This document shows, piece after piece, positions 1 to 1,364 of a DNA stretch of 1,364 bases. Position 1 is the first letter of the stretch. Every line of letters begins with the position of its first letter. The notes under the pieces were generated by a model that saw only the letters and a program-made list of their open reading frames with translations, did not search any database and had not been told where the DNA came from. Position numbers and translations under genes: made by a program. The DNA is from Escherichia coli. Lineage in GTDB: Bacteria; Pseudomonadota; Gammaproteobacteria; Enterobacterales; Enterobacteriaceae. The stretch is from assembly GCF_003334335.1 (NCBI RefSeq), contig NZ_QOWQ01000108.1; one strand, 5' to 3'.

Positions 1-1364
1 GTATGCGCCCCGGTGTTATTCGTGGATTTGGTTCCGTAATCAAACGACGATGTGTTTTTCGTCCCCAAATCCGTACTGGATGCGCTGGCGCTGTGGGTGT
101 GCGATTTAATGCCGTCCTGTTCCTGAGACAATACGGCACGACCACTGGCGGGTTTGCCCTTAATCGTCCAGCCACGCATATCAGGGATCACGGCTGACGG
201 ATAAGCGGCTGCAAGTTTCGGGTATGCAGATTTGTCAAAAGTCTGCCCCTGCATCAGGGCATAGCCAGACGGAACGGTATCTGATGGCCACGGGATTGGT
301 GCGCCAGGCGGATAAAACTGCTCTGATGGCGTATAGAGTGAATAAACTGTACCGTCCGTTAACCCTTCCGGCTTATTAGCAGAATATGCTGGTGACGTAT
401 GAATCGTCACGCTGGCATTACTGGTATAATCCCATTGAATATTTACACCAGTCGCATAATTTCCGATTGCAACGTAAATATCGTAAGTATCACCAGATGT
501 ATTGACCCAGGCAAAATTTGTAAACCCTGTCGATGTGCGCTGCCATAAAGCACCAGTAATCCCCTTCGGATTACCATTACCTGCACGCAAAACAAGTTCA
601 GATATACCTGCCTGTTGAGGTGACCCCACGTTAAATCCCGCACCACCAATCAACGTAATTGAAACAACAGAACTCGCCTGTGGCATGGTTACCGTTGCTA
701 ATTTGAACCAACCAGCACCACCGCTGAATGACATTGTTGTTGAGTTAAGCGTACCAATATCTTTCGGCGTCAGTGTTATATCCGCTGAAAGCGCCTTACC
801 ATTCACCTTACGGGCAGAAGGTACCCGACCATTCGCATTATCATTAGCTGCTTTCACTGCTTTCGGTGTCGCGGCAAGCGTTTCAGATGCGCTGTTGGTT
901 GCACTACTGAGCTGGACAATTCCTTTTTGTGCTGTCGTAGCGTCCTGAGCAGTATATTTCCCGTTAGCAAGGTCATAGGCTGCCTTTACCGACTTTGGCG
1001 TTGCCGCCAGCATTTCAGATGTGCTGTTGGTCGCGTTGCTAAGCTGAACTATCCCTTTCTGTGCTGTCGTTGCATCCTGTGCGGTGTATTTCCCGTTAGC
1101 CAGCTCATACGCGGCCTTAACGGCTTTTGGCGTTGCCGCCAGTGACTCGGAAGTGCTGTTAGTCGCACTGCTGAGCTGTACTATCCCCTTTTTCGTCGTG
1201 CTCGCATCCTCAAGCGCCACGGCGGATGCAATATCCTCTGCCCGTTTTGCCGCTGTCTCAGCGCGCGTTGCCGCGGATTCCGCCGTACTTTTGCTCTGAG
1301 CTGCCGCCGTCGCACTGCCAGCTGCCTCTGTCGCCTTCGTGGATGCCGTCGTGGCGCTGCCCTT
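1..1364 (-). CDS. stf: Side tail fiber protein, lambdoid Stf family; internal fragment, incomplete at both ends (N-terminus beyond 1364, C-terminus beyond 1)
   Basis: Seen in sequence: the minus-strand frame with codons 1362-1364 down to 3-5 has no stop in 454 codons (bases 1-2 are a partial Thr codon). Translation begins [102 protein letters not shown]... and ends ...[99 protein letters not shown]. Established knowledge: KGIVQLSxATNS repeats, the NGKALSxDITLT motif, the tail-collar motif and HxH boxes are hallmarks of lambda Stf and related prophage side tail fibers (StfR/StfE-like) and the T4 gp37 distal fiber. Match is from memory, not from a search. Confidence 0.9.
3..104 (-). other. Start of the His-rich distal fiber region: HxH motif SHTHSA (87-104) and the terminal GAH(T) that probably opens a second H-x-H box
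   Basis: Seen in sequence: His codons at 99-101 and 93-95 (minus strand, H-T-H) and at 3-5. Established knowledge: repeated HxH boxes occur in the distal parts of T4 gp37 and lambda Stf, and coordinate metal ions in the gp37 tip structure. Only the first box lies inside the window. Confidence 0.55.
93..311 (-). other. Phage tail-collar-like domain
   Basis: Seen in sequence: [73 protein letters not shown]. Established knowledge: the pattern P-x-G-(W/Y)...(Y/F)P.L......PD(L/M)RG....G....(H-x-H) is the signature of the phage tail collar domain found in T4 gp12 and lambda Stf-like fibers. Assignment is by motif recall. Confidence 0.65.
315..746 (-). other. Gly/Thr/Ser/Asn-rich central domain of the fiber, function unassigned, probably beta-rich
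   Basis: Seen in sequence: translation [145 protein letters not shown]-richer DNA than the flanking stalk and repeat region. Structure is inferred from composition. Confidence 0.5.
753..806 (-). other. Conserved tail-fiber motif [18 protein letters not shown] directly after the repeat array
   Basis: Seen in sequence: aa 187-204 of the fragment. Established knowledge: NGKxLSxxITLTxxDxG-type motifs recur in long and side tail fibers of lambda, P2 and T4-like phages. Confidence 0.6.
846..1190 (-). repeat. Three tandem in-frame coding repeats of about 132 bp (44 aa): copy 1 at 1059-1190, copy 2 at 927-1058, copy 3 (partial, diverging after KAA) at 846-926
   Basis: Seen in sequence: copy 1 [44 protein letters not shown]; copy 2 [44 protein letters not shown]; copy 3 [27 protein letters not shown] then NDNANGR. 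Copies 1 and 2 are about 90% identical in protein but only about 80% in DNA, the differences being mostly synonymous third-position changes. Established knowledge: this resembles the phage tail fiber repeat of Stf-like proteins. Confidence 0.85.
1200..1364 (-). other. Ala/Thr/Ser/Lys/Glu-rich low-complexity segment of the fiber (aa 1-55 of the fragment), probably helical stalk
   Basis: Seen in sequence: translation [55 protein letters not shown]. Locally GC-rich DNA: 41 of 60 bases (about 68%) are G or C at 1261-1320, against about 35-50% in 421-720. A helical or coiled structure is inferred from composition only. Confidence 0.55.

Noticed and set aside
3-197. Plus-strand ORF of 64 aa ([11 protein letters not shown]...)
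   Set aside because: It lies antisense to the continuous 454-codon tail fiber frame, and its ATG at 3-5 is simply the reverse complement of a His codon (CAT) of the minus-strand gene. The peptide is Arg/Gly-rich and low-complexity with no recognisable motif, so it is most likely an antisense artefact.
508-536. Possible DNA-invertase crossover site (gix/hix/cix-like) of the kind that lies inside tail fiber genes in Mu, P1 and e14
   Set aside because: Only a partial half-site resemblance (TTTGTAAACC) is present; the required inverted-repeat partner half (GGTTT...) is missing at the right spacing. There is no evidence here of an invertible host-range segment, and the inversion junction in such systems would in any case be expected nearer the distal C-terminal part outside the window.
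443-649. Minus-strand ORF of 68 aa ([12 protein letters not shown]...)
   Set aside because: It is on the same strand as the fiber gene but in a different reading frame, wholly embedded in the much longer stop-free frame. It has no distinctive motif, so it is most likely a chance out-of-frame ORF rather than an overlapping gene.
685-1299. Three overlapping plus-strand ORFs (685-948, 927-1145, 1084-1299) whose translations look mutually similar
   Set aside because: They run antisense across the 132-bp tandem repeats of the fiber gene, so their apparent paralogy is a by-product of reading the repeat on the opposite strand. They are Ala/Leu/Ser-rich as expected from antisense GC-rich codons, and no ribosome-binding context can be argued. 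Treated as spurious.
1-1364. Diversity-generating retroelement target, CRISPR array, toxin-antitoxin or other defence or novel system
   Set aside because: No template/variable repeat pair with adenine-specific mismatches, no short direct repeats with unique spacers, and no intergenic space at all: the window is entirely one coding frame. The only repeats are in-frame protein repeats. Nothing in the sequence supports a novel system.
1200-1364. GC-rich alanine-codon stretch as a possible non-coding low-complexity or regulatory region
   Set aside because: It stays in the same stop-free frame as the rest of the fiber gene and translates to a plausible Ala/Thr/Ser/Lys/Glu-rich stalk segment continuous with the repeat array, so it is coding.

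Overview
The whole 1,364-bp window is an internal fragment of a single gene on the minus strand, truncated at both window edges: a lambdoid-phage side tail fiber (Stf-family) protein, most likely from an enterobacterial prophage or phage. The minus-strand frame with codons at 1362-1364 down to 3-5 is open for all 454 codons, which is why the start-to-stop ORF track does not list it. My hand translation reads, N- to C-terminal: an Ala/Thr/Ser-rich stalk segment; three tandem 44-residue repeats ([15 protein letters not shown].[12 protein letters not shown].[15 protein letters not shown]); a [18 protein letters not shown] fiber motif; a Gly/Thr/Ser-rich central domain; a tail-collar-like motif ([48 protein letters not shown]); and the first HxH motif (SHTHSASAS) of the His-rich distal region known from lambda Stf and T4 gp37. 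All ORFs in the supplied track are short antisense or out-of-frame artefacts. I see no promoter, terminator, RNA gene, CRISPR array or mobile-element end, and no evidence of an undescribed system: this is a recognisable, modular tail fiber gene. The points worth a second look are the intragenic repeats, the compositional mosaicism and the module boundaries. All family assignments rest on recalled motifs and by-eye translation, not on a database search.
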